Shown in pieces: positions 1 to 13,218 of a stretch of DNA of 64,000 nt; position 1 is the stretch's first letter; each line of letters starts with the position of its first letter. The stretch is taken from assembly GCA_951406725.2 (NCBI GenBank), contig OX597817.1, positions 116,994,001-117,058,000 of the forward strand. Reading direction: 5' to 3'. The notes beneath the pieces were generated by a model that saw only the letters and a program-made list of their open reading frames with translations, ran no database searches and was not told the origin of the DNA. Origin of the DNA: Octopus vulgaris (Eukaryota). The position numbers were made by a program, and so were the translations under genes.

Positions 1-1105
1 ATCTACTGTTTCTCTGAATCTTGAGCTCTGGTTTACGGCTATTTCATGGTCTGTATATTTAATAGCTTTTCTCGTCAAGTTTCCTTTAGTATATTTTGAA
101 ATATCACTTTGATTTTGTTGATATGTAAATATTTTCCTTCGGTGTATTTTGTTCTAGATCGTACGCTACAGTTTATTTATACATTGAGGAAAATTGTTCT
201 GTATTCCACATACAGCATTATAACATTTAATCAATTTATCCTTATATGCTTCAAATACTTTTCTACAACGAAAGAACTATCGTTTGTTGGCTTTTAAATA
301 TTTACATCGAAGCTCATTCCTTTTGTTTTCAGTGTACATTTAATATAAATATATCATTGTTTTCGTAGGAAAACACAGAATGGCTTTGTATATCCCTGTA
401 TTAACTTCCTAACATCTTTAATTCAATTAACTTACAATTTAAGGTGAGAATGTTCTTTTAAATGTAATGGTAACTGCATGTATAATTTGTATCCTTATTT
501 CTAGCATTGTTTTCAGTTTTCATATTGTTCTTTCCCTTACATAGTGTATTTTCGTCTTGTCTTCAACATTTCTGTGGCATATTTTATGAGTATGATCGTA
601 ACCAAAGTATTTTAGCGGGTAGTTTTGCTCTGAGACATTTTATTTTTCTTTTCGAATGCGTATTTAATTTAATGCTTCCGGTTTTGATATATTTACTTTC
701 CCGTGTCGTAGTTTTCGCCAAATTCTCTAATCCAATATTTATGCTCATATCATTATTGGATTCATGAATGTTTTCTCCAGATCAGTGCTGCTATCCACAT
801 CATGAGAATCCTTTATATTTTTTGCACTGCTTTTATAATATTTGGCGGTTCATTCTAGAGATTTCTTTATGAAATCTGTAAATATGTATGTCTTTAATAA
901 AATAGGTTTCCTGCTTATTGATATTACGCCAGTTTTAATTATCTTCCATTTGACTCAATACTAAGCAAATCCCTATTTTCATATGACATAGTGGGATGTA
1001 CACTGTATTCTGTCGCATTTATTAATAATATGCTAAAAAGTTAATAAAGAATTTCCTGTAATCAAACCGTAACATGTTGCCTATAATAATCCAAATCTTT
1101 AGTGA

Positions 1106-1350
1106 GTGGAGGCACGGGGCTTAGTGGTTAGGTCGTTGGACTCATGATCGTAAGACTGTGGTTTCGATTCCGGGACCGGGCGACGGGTTGCGTTCTTGAG
1201 CAAAACATTTCATTTCACGTTGCTCCAGTCCGCTACTCTCGCCAAAATGGGTGATCCAGTGACGGATCGGCGTCTCGCCAAAGTGGGGAATATATTCGCC
1301 ATGAAACCGGGAAACCGGCCCTTACTTGTCGGTATGGCTTGAGAAGATAA
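1106..1350 (+). mobile_element. tRNA-derived SINE inserted in the old LINE
   Basis: A-box-like GGCTTAGTGGTTAG and B-box GGTTTCGATTCC. The head resembles the 39851 SINE. Candidate TSD core ATCTTTAGT at 1095-1103 and 1369-1377. Confidence 0.8.
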
Positions 1351-1895
1351 ATATAACTATCCTGATCTATCTTTAGTAGTGGTTCTTGCTGCTCTCTATT
1401 TCTTCCCTGTCCCATTTATGCACTTTCGGTTATTTCTATGCAGGTAAACAGTCAACACGGCCTTCTTTATGGATGTAAAAGAATCATAATTTTGGAGCAA
1501 ATTGTAGACCTGTTCTTTGGATTGCCCCAATTGCTTTTGCTTTGAGAAATCAATGATTCTTTTCTCCGACATCCATTCATGCCTTGACACTTGTTTGTTT
1601 ATCAGTTCGGTAAAATCGACTGCCAAATATTCGTGAATGCTCAACTGGTGTTTCAGTGAAAAAACTGGTGACCAAGCGTTTTCCTGTTGCAGATAGTTTA
1701 GTTGCTGAATCCATTATCAGCTTTGGTTAGCCAGGTCTACTGTGCCATTTTATTTGCAGCAATTTCCAGTATACCTTATATTGTGCTGAATTTTATTATC
1801 AGCTCAAAAGTCCGATGGAAATCCTGTTGCTCGTATTAGGTGGCGCCGGAATTGTTTCTTAATATTCCTGGCAATAACAGTTTAGTGTTTGATTT

Positions 1896-2035
1896 TGTTG
1901 TTTCGACGCCCACAGACGGTGAAGTAGGCTAGCCCAATACGTAGATATAGAGGGAGAAGTCTAGACGTCGAGTTGAGTAGCAGTCGGTGTAAGAGAAGAG
2001 CTGAGTTGTAGAGGCATCTAACGTGCGACATAACA
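1896..2035. mobile_element. Probable short solo LTR (140 bp)
   Basis: GC-richer island in the AT-rich LINE with TGTT...AACA inverted termini. Flanks GATTT/TATTT look like a 5-bp TSD with 1 mismatch. Confidence 0.5.
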
Positions 2036-2523
2036 TATTTATATGCACTGTTCTGCTGGAAAGAACGTCCACGGTTTCCTTTTTGTTAGGTGTCTGAAAC
2101 TGAAAACTTGGGCATAAACTATATAAGATGTTTGTGTTTTCTTCCAGAGGATCTTTTTTATGGGTTGTACAATTTCTTATTTACATTCTTGATGAATGCC
2201 TTCAAATTCGCTAAATGTTTTCTTTTTTGCTTTTTTCCCATAATTGATGCAACGTATTTAATCTATGTTTTCTTAGATCTGTCATACGAAGGTCACATGT
2301 ATTGGAGTTAGACTCGCGGGTGGCTGGATTTGGTATAAGCTTACAGAAGATTTTATCATTATTTGTTTTGTTTGTGTAACTGTTTGCTTTACTTAGAGCC
2401 AATTTTTGCAATTGAACGGTAAACACTGGAATTGGTATATAACGTTAGAGCATGTACTTAAATTAGCTCAATCGGGATAATTTTGATATTTTTTTTGCTG
2501 TTTTCTTCTGCGTGTTATATGGC

Positions 2524-2894
<371 letters not shown>

Positions 2895-2969
2895 CCACGT
2901 CACACAGCATACAATATTGCAGTGATTCTTGTGCTAAAAACTATGGCTTTAAGTCCAATATAAATTTCC

Positions 2970-5100
2970 CAACGTTATGCACTCCGACGTCTAGCTAATA
3001 ACGATTGAATTGTTGTTAAAATGACGGATAAAGGAGGAGCTATCGTAATTATGGACAAAAGTGAGTATATTTCGGCTTCTGAAGAAGTTTTAAATGACAA
3101 AATGTCGTATAAAGAATTACCTGTTGATCCAAACCCCAATTACAGAGAGGAACTTGACAAAATAATTCTGAAAATGGATGTAAGCAATTTTATGAATGAG
3201 GCCGAATCCCAGATTTTACGGTAAGAAAGGACACCTGTATTTTAAGGTCTCCCTGAAATGCACAAAAAGTTTGAAAGATTTTCTCCAATGCGCCCAATTT
3301 GCAGCGGATATGAATGTTGCACGGCCAATATTTTGGAATGGCTGGATGGCTTTCTACTCCCTCTCGCAAAAAGATCAAGTTCATATGTTTGAGATACTTT
3401 TGATTTTGTGATTAAAATCAACAACATTGCTAAGCTCCGAGACCGGGTCGAGAACTGTATTTTGGTAACCATAGATATGTGTTCCTTATATCCCAATATT
3501 GACCACGATGAAGGGGTAGAAGTATGCATGAATGCCTTCGAAAAGTGGTCAAACAAAAGTATTCCATCAAATTTTCTCTGTAGTTTTTTGAGGTTTGTTA
3601 CAAAGTGACACGATTAAGTTTAGACAAAGATTTTACCACCAACAAAGGATTGCGCCATGGGTGCACCCATGGCAGTTAATTTCGCTAATGCCTTCATGAC
3701 GAAATTCGAGACACTGTTACTGAAGGCATTCAATTCCCTTCATCTTCATGAAGCAATACTCTGATCACCGTTCATTGCTGACATATTTTTGTCTAGGAAG
3801 TATGACAGGATAGTTTAATGGATTTCTTGCATCGCTGTGACTCTTATGCTAAAAACTATGGCTTTAAGTCCAACATAAAATTTACGTCTAGTTTTTCAAA
3901 AATTAGTGTTGAATTTTTGGACACAAAAGTCAAGTTTTCTGGAGGCAGAATAGTGACAGAGTTATTTTGCAAGCCCCCGTCATCCACGTCGTATTATTCG
4001 GTCAAATTCGAAATCCCAATTTTTTAGGATAAAACGGTTTTGGATTGACATAGGGGGATTACTGGAAACAGGCAAATGCGTTTGTCCATCATTATGTCGA
4101 ACGCGGTTACTGTGAAACACGATTAAAGGAAATAGCAAATGAAATAGCTAAGATAATTAAATCTTCATGCATAATTTTAGCAAACACAATACAATAGATG
4201 ACAGATTTCCTGGCACTTCAAAAGTGCTGCATGAAAGTTACCAGCAGGTGGTGAAAAAATATTTTCCTTTCAAACAGATATTTCCTCAGCCGCCTATTGT
4301 AGCCTTTTGACGGAATAAGAATATAACAGAATTATTGACCACTATTTCTCACTCCAATAAAACTAACATTTGAGTAATCTGCACGCTGTACCATGAAAAA
4401 CAGCCGCAAGAGAGGTAACCCTGTTCATTGAGCAACAACATGAGTTAAGTGAATTCCATCAGGAATCATAACAGAACTGTTATGATGTATACAGAATGTG
4501 GGACATGTAGAGGTTCCCATTTGGTTTACGCGGTAGAATGCACGAAACGCGACATGATTCATGTTGGTTGAACAACGGAACGATTAAAGAAAAGGTTTAA
4601 TGGGCACAGATTCCACGTCAGGCACACTAACGGTAGGTTGGCAGAACTTGTCGAACATTTCGTTTCAAATGGCTGCAATTTTGAAGATGACTTGCAAGTG
4701 CATATTCTCAGAAAATATTCTGAATCTACTTCACTTTCACTTCTCAGAATGTATGAGGAAAAATATGTTTGCGCGTTATTAACATCACACCCTGGAGGAA
4801 AGAATAAAATGACAGGAGAATATCATCAAATTTATACAAAACTGTTTGATTAAATATTCTTTTTTACCTTTTCTGTTTATCTTTCCTCTTCTTTTGTCTT
4901 CTTTTTCCTGTCTTTTTCCTTCCGCCTGTCATAAAATTGAAACTTAAAAACTGGTGATGTCATTCCATCAACGTATAGAAACTGGCTGCTTTCCTTCATA
5001 CTTTAAATTTAAATTTCTATAATTTTGAATTTTTATCACTACTTATTTTCAACCTGACGAAGACAGACTTAATGTCGAAATAACGTTCATCCAATAAAAT
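2970..5100 (+). mobile_element. Penelope-like element, degraded (RT + C-terminal GIY-YIG), 5'-truncated
   Basis: Motifs TDKGGAIVIMDK, LVTIDMCSLYPNIDH, AMGAPMAVNFANAFM and IKFT...VEFLDTKV. GIY-YIG-like LVYAVEC...HVG...RFNGHR at ~4520-4610. Tail has CTGACGA...GAAA and AATAAA (5093-5098). Confidence 0.88.
5051..5090 (+). ncRNA. Degenerate minimal hammerhead ribozyme motif at PLE 3' end
   Basis: CTGACGA (5054-5060), GACA/TGTC stem, GAAA (5077-5080), then TAACGTTC. Helix I pairing is poor. Confidence 0.5.
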
Positions 5101-5239
5101 ATCTATTGCAATCGAATCGCACTCTTCGACTTAATGATGATGATGATGATGATGATGATAATAATAATGATAATTGTTGTTGTGGCTGTTGTTATTATTA
5201 TTATTATTAATAATTTATCATCATGATCCTCATCGTCAT

Positions 5240-5400
5240 TATTATTGAGTGAGAACGCAATGCATGCCATCAGAAACCAGGCACATGCATCACAACCATA
5301 TGTGTGCGACATGATGATCTCATATCAAGATAAACAGCGCATGGGCTTAGAATCTCTTTCAAGTCGAGTAGTCCAACCCGCTCAAAAGTTCCTGAATATC
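5240..5400 (-). mobile_element. Internally deleted copy of the non-coding repeat at 12300-12841
   Basis: Shares AGTGAGA...CCATCA, AACCAT...GCGACATG.TGATCTCATATCAAGATAAACAGCGCATG and TTAGAAT with 12301-12480. Flanked by trinucleotide repeats. Confidence 0.75.
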
Positions 5401-5408
5401 ATTATAGC

Positions 5409-5434
5409 TACTACTACTACTACTACTACTACTG

Positions 5435-5506
<72 letters not shown>
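5409..5506 (+). repeat. (CTA)n microsatellite
   Basis: Seen directly. Confidence 0.95.
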
Positions 5507-5509
5507 TCA

Positions 5510-5880
5510 TTTCTCTTTATCACAGATTATGTTGGAGCTCTTGGACTTACATGCGTAACGGACTTGCTACCTGCAGCCTACGGTACCTTGCTATCCATTA
5601 TTTTCAGCTACCTGATACAATGTCAGCATATGTGGTGAATCTTGTCCACCACCACTAGGTCCGTTCTGTTATGCTCTAGCAACTGATCTGCTTGGATTGG
5701 GAAATCCCAGCGTCTTTGCTATACTCCAAGTTCGCCAGTCTTTGTGGTTTGTCCTCATACCACATATTGCCCTCTCTAGCCCCCACTTTTCACACACCTT
5801 CCAGTGTATCACTTTCGCTACCTGATTGTGATGCCACAACTTGTAGTGGTTTTGGGCAAGCCTACATCATTGCTTCGTGA
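5510..5880 (-). mobile_element. 3' fragment of an R4/Dong-type LINE (restriction-like endonuclease region)
   Basis: Minus strand gives LAQNHYKLWHHNQVAKVIHWKVCEK and WDFPIQADQLLEHNRTDLVVVDK, homologous to the 10331-10702 ORF. Confidence 0.7.
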
Positions 5881-6044
5881 TATGGGAAGTGGTTTCATCC
5901 ACTGTAATTTAGTTGCGGCACTGGAGAGATACTTGCTTATTCCTAAGATCGACCCTCCAATTCGTGGCCAAAGTTTGGACTTGCGCTACCAGTATAGTGA
6001 TTTCGGTCTCTTTTTTACGTGTTCCTTTCATCAGACATGAAGAG

Positions 6045-6540
6045 GCTTTTCTTGCCATCGTTTTATCATGGTCCGTTACTGTTAAAGTTTTAGTTTGGAT
6101 TTCATTTGTTTTACAGCTTTCGTTGCTTCTTCTTTTTTTTAGATTCCACATTCGAGTTACCTCTATTTCCAGGTCTTTGTATTTTGAAAGTTTCTTCATT
6201 TCTTTTAAAGAAACGTTTTCATCTGTTGGTATTGATACATCAATTAGGAAACAATTTTTTCTTCATGATCTCTGACAACTATATCTGGCTACTAGCCTTA
6301 ATTTTCCTATTTGTGTGTATTGGCATATTCCAGAGTATTGTTGCTTTCTCATTTTCTGTGACCATTTCTGGCGTGTACTTATACCATTTTTTTTCTGTTG
6401 TTATTCCATAGTTACGTTTGTGTTACTGAGATATTTTGGTTGGATTATAGAGTTATCGGTTTTACACTTCTTTGTGTATTCTGTATGTATCACAATATAG
6501 AAACATTTCTCATGTCACCAGCGCACAATTTACCGACGTA
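6045..6540 (-). mobile_element. Rearranged fragments of an R4/Dong LINE
   Basis: 6051-6135 matches 7446-7530, and 6140-6410 matches 6860-7125 (KKLSKYKDLEIEVTRMWNL). Confidence 0.75.
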
Positions 6541-6639
6541 TACATACTTTATATTTTCCGTGAAGTTTTGACGGGTCCAGCTAGTTCTTCTTATTATTCA
6601 GTAGGTTTTTTAATATATAACGTGCTTTCACTGCACTAC

Positions 6640-9600
6640 CGAGCGCTGCTGTGTGTGCCTTAGGTATGTGATGTGTTTTGCTGTGATGCTCTTATAGTTA
6701 CTTTATTGAAACTATTTTACGTATTATCTGTGCTTTGCCTAGTCGTGCTATTTTCTGTATGTTATATATATTTCTTAGTCCTGGTGTTTTTGTTATGTAT
6801 TTTTGTGAATATTTTTTATTATATCTAATGCGCCAACTAAGATACGATTTGTTTCTGTTTTTAGCCTCCACATTCGAGTTACCTCTGTTTCCATGTCTTT
6901 TGAAAGTTTCTCCATTTCTTTAGAGACTCCTTGTCATCTGTTGGTATTGATATATAAATTAAAAAGCATTTTTATTCTTGATAATATCTGACAACTATAT
7001 CTGGCTTATTGGCCTTAATTTCACTATCTGTGTATATTGGCATAGCCAATAGTACTGTTGTTTTCTCATTTTCTGTGAACTTTTCTGGCGTGTGCCTATA
7101 CCATGTTTTTTTCTGTTGTTACTCCAGAGTGTTGGCATAGCTTCCAATGTATGTAGCACCCAACTCTGTTGCGTCTCTGAATATATTCCTTCTTAGCAAG
7201 GACTGGACATCCAGAGACAATATGATTTATTTTTTCTTGTCCATCTCCACATATTCTGCAGTTACTTGTTTCTTTTCATTATATGTTTTGGTAATTTTTG
7301 GTGGGAAGGCTTCGATCTTGTGATGCAATTAAAAATCCTTCAGTCTCTGCTTTGAGTCCTGAGCTTCTAAGCCATTGCTGGGATTTTGCTTTGTCTATTT
7401 ATTTTACGTTTAGTTTAGCCCAGTATTTGCCACGAGGGGGATTTTCTTGCCATCGTTTTATCATGATCCGTTGCTGTTCTAGCTTTAGTTTGGAATTCAT
7501 TTGTTTTACAGCTTTTGTTGTTTCTTCTCCTTCATAGTTGTTAGATAGTATGAATTCTTGCTTGTATTTGTTAGCTTCCTTAAAGAGGGAAAATAGATAT
7601 TTGTTTTGTTGGTGTTTTGTGGATATTTGGATTAGTTTTCCTTGCTTCTGAAGTAGATATTTTTGAAGGCCTATGGTGGTTATTTTGCAATAGTTTTCTT
7701 AGAGTATAAGGCCTCTACCACATTCTATAGGTTGTATATATAAACTTTCTGTCAGATTTTGGGTGGTGCATCCTAAATCCTGTCATTAGTTTTCTTCTTT
7801 TCCTGTCTATTTTGGTTAGTTCATTTAGTGTCCTGTTGAGGATATTGTAGCTGTAACTTGTAGCTACGCCGGCTAGAGTGTTGATGCCTATTATCATGTT
7901 TTTCGCATTGAGCTCTGTTTTCAATATTAATGTAACTCCTCTATAGTATTCCTTTTTAATTTTCCTTTTCATTTGTGTGTTTGTATTGTATCTAGTTCAT
8001 TGATACCTAAATATTTGTATGTCTGGCTTTGGTTAAATTCTCTTATTTCATTGGCTTTATCTAGTGTTATGCTGCTTTGGCATATTATTCATATTTATTT
8101 CTTTGGTAAATCCATGTACTGTTTGTAGTAATGTTTCCAGCTGCTTATCATTTGTAGCGTACAGGGTTTAGGTCATCCGTATATAAGATTTGGGTGATTG
8201 TTTTGCCGTAACAGATGTATCCGCATCTAGTTGTGTTTAGCATGTCAGATAAAGGTGTCTGTGCCAAGCAGAAAAGGAATGGAGAGAGCGTGTCTCCCGG
8301 GAATATTACTTTCTTCTTGGAGATGGCTTTGGTTTTTATGAGTCCTTTGTTTGGAGCTGTAGCACTGCTTGCAATTTTTTCATAGAGTGCCTTATGTATT
8401 TCGTGATTATTGGTGCTACCTTGTTCACGGTTAGTGTTTCTAGGATTCATGTGTGAATGATGCTATCAAAAGCCTTTCGGTAGTCGATCCAGGCCATACT
8501 GAGGCCTTTCTTCTTTCCGCAGCTGTCTTCAAGTATGGCTTTATTGATTATGAGTTGATATTTACAGCAGTATGAGCCCTTGCAGCATCCCTTCTGCTCT
8601 TCTGGAAACAGGTTGTTTCCTTCCAGATGCTTGTTCAGTCTCTGCGATATTATTGAAGTAAAGGTTTTGTAAATGATAGGGAGACAAGTAATTGGTCAGT
8701 AATTTTGTGGGTTTCCGCTTCAGAATTTGGGAATTAGGATAGTTTTTCCCTTTCCCGAACCATTCAAGCATTGTCTCTGGCTCTGGTATTATGCCATTAA
8801 ACTTTTCAGCCAGCTTTTTGTGAGTTGCTGCCAGATATTTTAACCAGAAGTTGGAGACTTTACCATGCCCAGGTGCCTTCTAGTTGCTTAGTTTCTGCAG
8901 TGCCTGGGTGACCTCTTCAGTTCTTATAGGAGTATAGAATTGTTCATGTCCTAAGTACGTTGTTTTCATAGACCTTTCCTGAGGTTGTTCCTTCGCCGAT
9001 TATATTTATTTCCAAAATTTTTCCACTTCGTCTGCTGTATGTGCTGCATAGATGTCTATTTTACTTTTGTCAAGTTCTTGATAGAATTTTGTGGAGATGG
9101 AGTTGAACTGTTTGTTGTGTTCAAAGAAACGTTGGCGTTTCTCATACCGGCGGATCATTTGTGCTTTGGCAAGGATATCTTCCTTTACTTGTTCTTTTAC
9201 CTCAGGTAACCCTTTTTCTGTAATGTTGTATTTGCAGAGTATTTTTGTTCTCTTCTTGTTGCTTAGTAATGTTGAATGTGTATTAGTTTCGTTAAAGAGT
9301 GACAGAACTTTTCTCTTGATTTCTATTTTTTCTGGATATTATTTATCCACAGGGTTTGTTTGGGTAAGGGTACTCCTGTTTGGATGGGTTTGAAAAAGTA
9401 TCCAGCTTCTTTTGTGTTGTTTTATTATCTATTTCAATTTTTGGAAGGTACAATTGGTGGTCCATTCTGATATGTGAAACTTTCAGTTCTTTGAATATGT
9501 TCATTTTTCGAATATCATAATCATTAGGTTCCCCTTCACTGTTTCCAGTTTCTAGTTGCTTAGTTTCTGCAGTGCCTGGGTGACCTCTTCAGTTCTTATA

Positions 9601-9905
9601 GGAGTATAGAATTGTTCATGTCCTAAGTACGTTGTTTTCATAGACCTTTCCTGAGGTTGTTCCTTCGCCGATTATATTTATTTCCAAAAGTTTTCCACTT
9701 CGTCTGCTGTCAAGTTCTTGATAGAATTTTGTGGGGATGGAGTTGAACTGTTTGTTGTGTTCAAAGAAACTTGTTCTTTTACCTCAGGTAACCCTTTTTC
9801 TGTAATGTTGTATTTGCAGAGTATTTTTGTTCTCTTCTTGTTGCTTAGTAATGTTGATTGTGTATTAGTTTCGTTAAAGAGTGACAGAACTTTTCTCTTG
9901 ATTTT
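6640..9905 (-). mobile_element. R4/Dong-clade LINE, degraded, with internal duplication
   Basis: Motifs SMAWIDYRKAFDS (~8460-8500), FPGDTLSPFLFCLA, YTDD and KTELNAKN; C-x2-C...H...C knuckle (~7210-7265); RLE region; C-terminus near 6715. Confidence 0.88.
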
Positions 9906-9931
9906 TTTCGCCTTCCTTCCCGTTCATAATA

Positions 9932-10080
<149 letters not shown>

Positions 10081-12093
10081 TTATGTTTGACTTTTGCTTT
10101 ATATTTGTACAAGTTGGCTCCAAGTCTCACCCAGAGACCTCAAGAGACAACAGGTTGGAAGTTCATGTTGTTGTTATGCCTAGTGTGCCATATATTTGGG
10201 TTTTTTTTGTGTTGTACAAGTGAATGTCAAAAAAGAAAAAAAAAACGAAAATTATGTTTGTTTTAAAACTTGAGATTAATTAAAAAGTATTTTGCGTAGG
10301 ATATGAGCAGTTCCCATGAGCACTATCTTTTTAATTTCTGCCATTTTTGGGGTTTCCTGGTATCTGAGTTAGGTAATAATCAGCCCCTTTTGCTATCATT
10401 CCCAGGGCACCTATGACAACAGGTATTGTTTTAGTCTTCAGCTTCCACATTTTGCTCATTTCTATTTCAAGATCTTTATATTTGCTCAGTTTTTGGTAGG
10501 TCTTGACAAATACGTTATTATCGATTGGGACAGTCATATCAATGAGGAGGCATGTTCTTTGTCTGAAGTCTTTCAATATGATGTCTGGCCTATTCGCGTC
10601 TATCTTTCTGTCAGTTTGAATGGTGAAGTTCCAGAGTGAGATGTGGTCATTTTCAAGCACTGGAGATGGTTTGTGTTCCCACCAGTTTTTTTCATGGGGC
10701 AAATCCAGGTTTTTGCCAATTTATCAGTGAATATATTGTGCAGCTCTATCATGCCTGTTGAGATACTTTGTAGGTGCTAGAAGACTGCACTTGGAGACCA
10801 CATGATCAATGGTTTCATTTTGTCGTTGGCATACACGACATGTTGGGCTACTGCCGTTCTTTAATATGTTGGCCGGGTAGTTTCTTGTTGGTAGGCATTG
10901 ATCTTGAGCTGCTATGATAAACCCTTATGTTTCAGATTTTAAGCCAGAGGCCATTAACGATTGATGGGTCAGGGTTTTGTCAACATCTGCATTATTCGCT
11001 CACTTTGGGTATTTGCCATAGAGAGGTTTCTCTTGCCATTTATCATTCAGAATATCTAAGGCCACAGTTTTAGCACGGGTTTTCATGCGCTTAGCTTTTT
11101 CTGTGCTTGTTACTTGTATGTCTAAATCCGAAATTTGTTGTATTCGGAATTCACTTAGATATTCCTTTGCCTGTTTTGTTACTGAGCATGATGCTTTCTT
11201 ATTTTCATGTTTTGAGACAAGTTTTAACATCCAGTCCTCAGAGTTTTTCAGGTAGGTGTCTAGACCAATTGTAGCAGTCTTCATTGTTATTGCCAGTTGT
11301 AAAATCCACTGCCTCCCTCTTTTCTTAGCAAGTAAAGTCGTTCTGTATCTGCCTTAGGGTGGCGCATTCTATGCATTGTCGACAGTCTTCGTATTTTTCT
11401 GTCGGGATTACATATTTCAGTAATTGACCAGTTAACGATATTGAAACTGTAAGTCACGACTGGTATGGCTAAAGCATTGATCGCTTCGATCCTGTTTCTC
11501 GCATTCAGCTCTGTCTTGAGTATTGCTCTTACTCTGCGATAACATTCTCTCCTGATCCTTTCCTTCATCACTGAATGCCTTATTCCGTCCCCTTCAATTA
11601 CCCCTAGGTACTTGTAGCTCTCCGCTGGGTCTAATTCTTTTATGACATTCTGCTGGTCAAGATCGTTAGATGTTTCTGTCATTTTTCCTTTGATAAAGGT
11701 AGCTTTTGCACATTTATCGAGGCCAAATTGCATTCTGATGTCATCACTGAATTGTTTAACAATCGCTAGTAAGCCCTAGATTTGTTGGTCATTTTTTGCA
11801 AAGAGCTTTGAATCATCCATGTAAATGAGATGATTTATATTTTTATCAAACATTCTATATCCGTACTGCGCGTCATTGAGCAACTTTGAGAGAGGTATCA
11901 AGGCTAAACAAAAGAGGAGTGGTGATAGTGAGTCACCCTGGAAAATTCCACATGAAATTTTTACATCACCTACATTTAGAGATTCATTGTCATTGTTCAA
12001 AATTAGTGTGGTTCTCCATGATCTCATACTTACAGACAAGAAGTTTCGCAGCGTAGGCGCTATTTTATACATTCTCATACTTACAGACAAGAA

Positions 12094-12096
<3 letters not shown>
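10081..12096 (-). mobile_element. Younger 5'-truncated R4/Dong-clade LINE (RT C-half, CCHC knuckle, RLE endonuclease, 3'UTR) flanked by (TAA)n
   Basis: Motifs GIFQGDSLSPLLF, YMDD, FGLDKCAK, CRVCQRQNETIDHVVSKC and RPDIILKD...IDMTVP...KLSKYKDL, with few disruptions. TAA tracts on both sides. Confidence 0.93.
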
Positions 12097-12159
<63 letters not shown>

Positions 12160-12247
12160 GTTGTTGTTGTTGTTGTTGTTGTTGTTATTATTATTATTAT
12201 TGTTGTTGTTGTTGTTGTTGTTGTTGTTATTTTTATTATTATTATTA
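12097..12247 (+). repeat. (TTA)n/(TTG)n microsatellite
   Basis: Seen directly. Confidence 0.95.
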
Positions 12248-12299
12248 TGTTATATATATTCGTAACTCCATGTGTTTTATTGCTATTATTATAATTATT

Positions 12300-12841
12300 C
12301 AGTGAGAGAGCAGTACATACCATCAATGCGACACTGGAGTACAGTTATATGAAGCCCAGTATACCCATAACTACCCGTCTTATGCACAGGCATCTCAACC
12401 ATGTGTGCGCGACATGGTGATCTCATATCAAGATAAACAGCGCATGATCTTGGAGGTGGGGCTTAGTTAGAATTTTCATCAGGTACAGTAGCCCATTCCT
12501 CGCATATGGTCCTAGGTTAAGGGTTGTTTAATGATTTTGAACGAAACACCCATGTTTCCAGAGGCGACTTGATGAAACCCCCAAAGAATTTCTCTCAATA
12601 AATTGCAATAGTTTTCCCCCACTGCTTCTGCCCGTGATTAAACATGCACATATCATCAGCCACCAAAGAACATGCTTAACTGGTTAAAGGCAAAGGACTG
12701 ACAAGCAAATCTGTGGTATTGAGCAGAATATTTGTTGCAGCCCACCGTTTATACTAGAAAAAACATTGTACATGATAACACTTCCAATCAGTTAAGATAA
12801 AAAGACGTTTGAGCCACTGTCTGGTACTGCATAATGGCATT
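12300..12841 (-). mobile_element. Non-coding ~540-bp interspersed repeat between (TAA)n tracts (unclassified, SINE-like or non-autonomous)
   Basis: No ORF; a second partial copy lies at 5240-5400; bounded by TTA repeats. Confidence 0.65.
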
Positions 12842-12933
12842 TATTATTATTATTATTATTGTTGTTGTTATTGTTGTTGTTGTTGTTATTGTTGTTGTTA
12901 TTATTGTTATTGTTATTGTTATTATTATCATCA

Positions 12934-12973
<40 letters not shown>

Positions 12974-12996
12974 CATCATCATTATTATTATTATTG

Positions 12997-13037
<41 letters not shown>

Positions 13038-13171
13038 GTTATTGTTATTATTATCATCATCATCATCATCATCATTATTATTATTATTATTATTATTGTT
13101 ATTATTATTATTACTACTATAATTATAATAATAATTATTATTATTATTACTACTACTACTACTACTACTAC

Positions 13172-13204
<33 letters not shown>

Positions 13205-13218
13205 CAGTAGTAGTAGTA
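12841..13218 (+). repeat. Compound TTA/TTG/TCA/CTA trinucleotide tract
   Basis: Seen directly; it explains the poly-N/Y/I/L ORFs. Confidence 0.97.

Larger units (their letters stand above)
1..2526 (-). mobile_element. Highly degraded R4/Dong-clade non-LTR retrotransposon, interrupted by a SINE and a probable solo LTR
   Basis: Minus-strand translations give NMLRFDYRKFF (~1050-1080; cf. MAWIDYRKAF), INIGLENLAK...MKTENNARNK (~500-745; cf. FGLDKCAK...LKTELNARNR in the 11287-11733 ORF) and HEYLAVDFTELINKQVSRHEWMSEKR (1396-1644; pre-RT region). There are many stops and frameshifts. It abuts a (TTA)n tract at ~2529. Confidence 0.65.

Noticed and set aside
5985-6040. Minus-strand CTGATGA...GAAA hammerhead-like words
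   Set aside because: Helices I-III do not pair.
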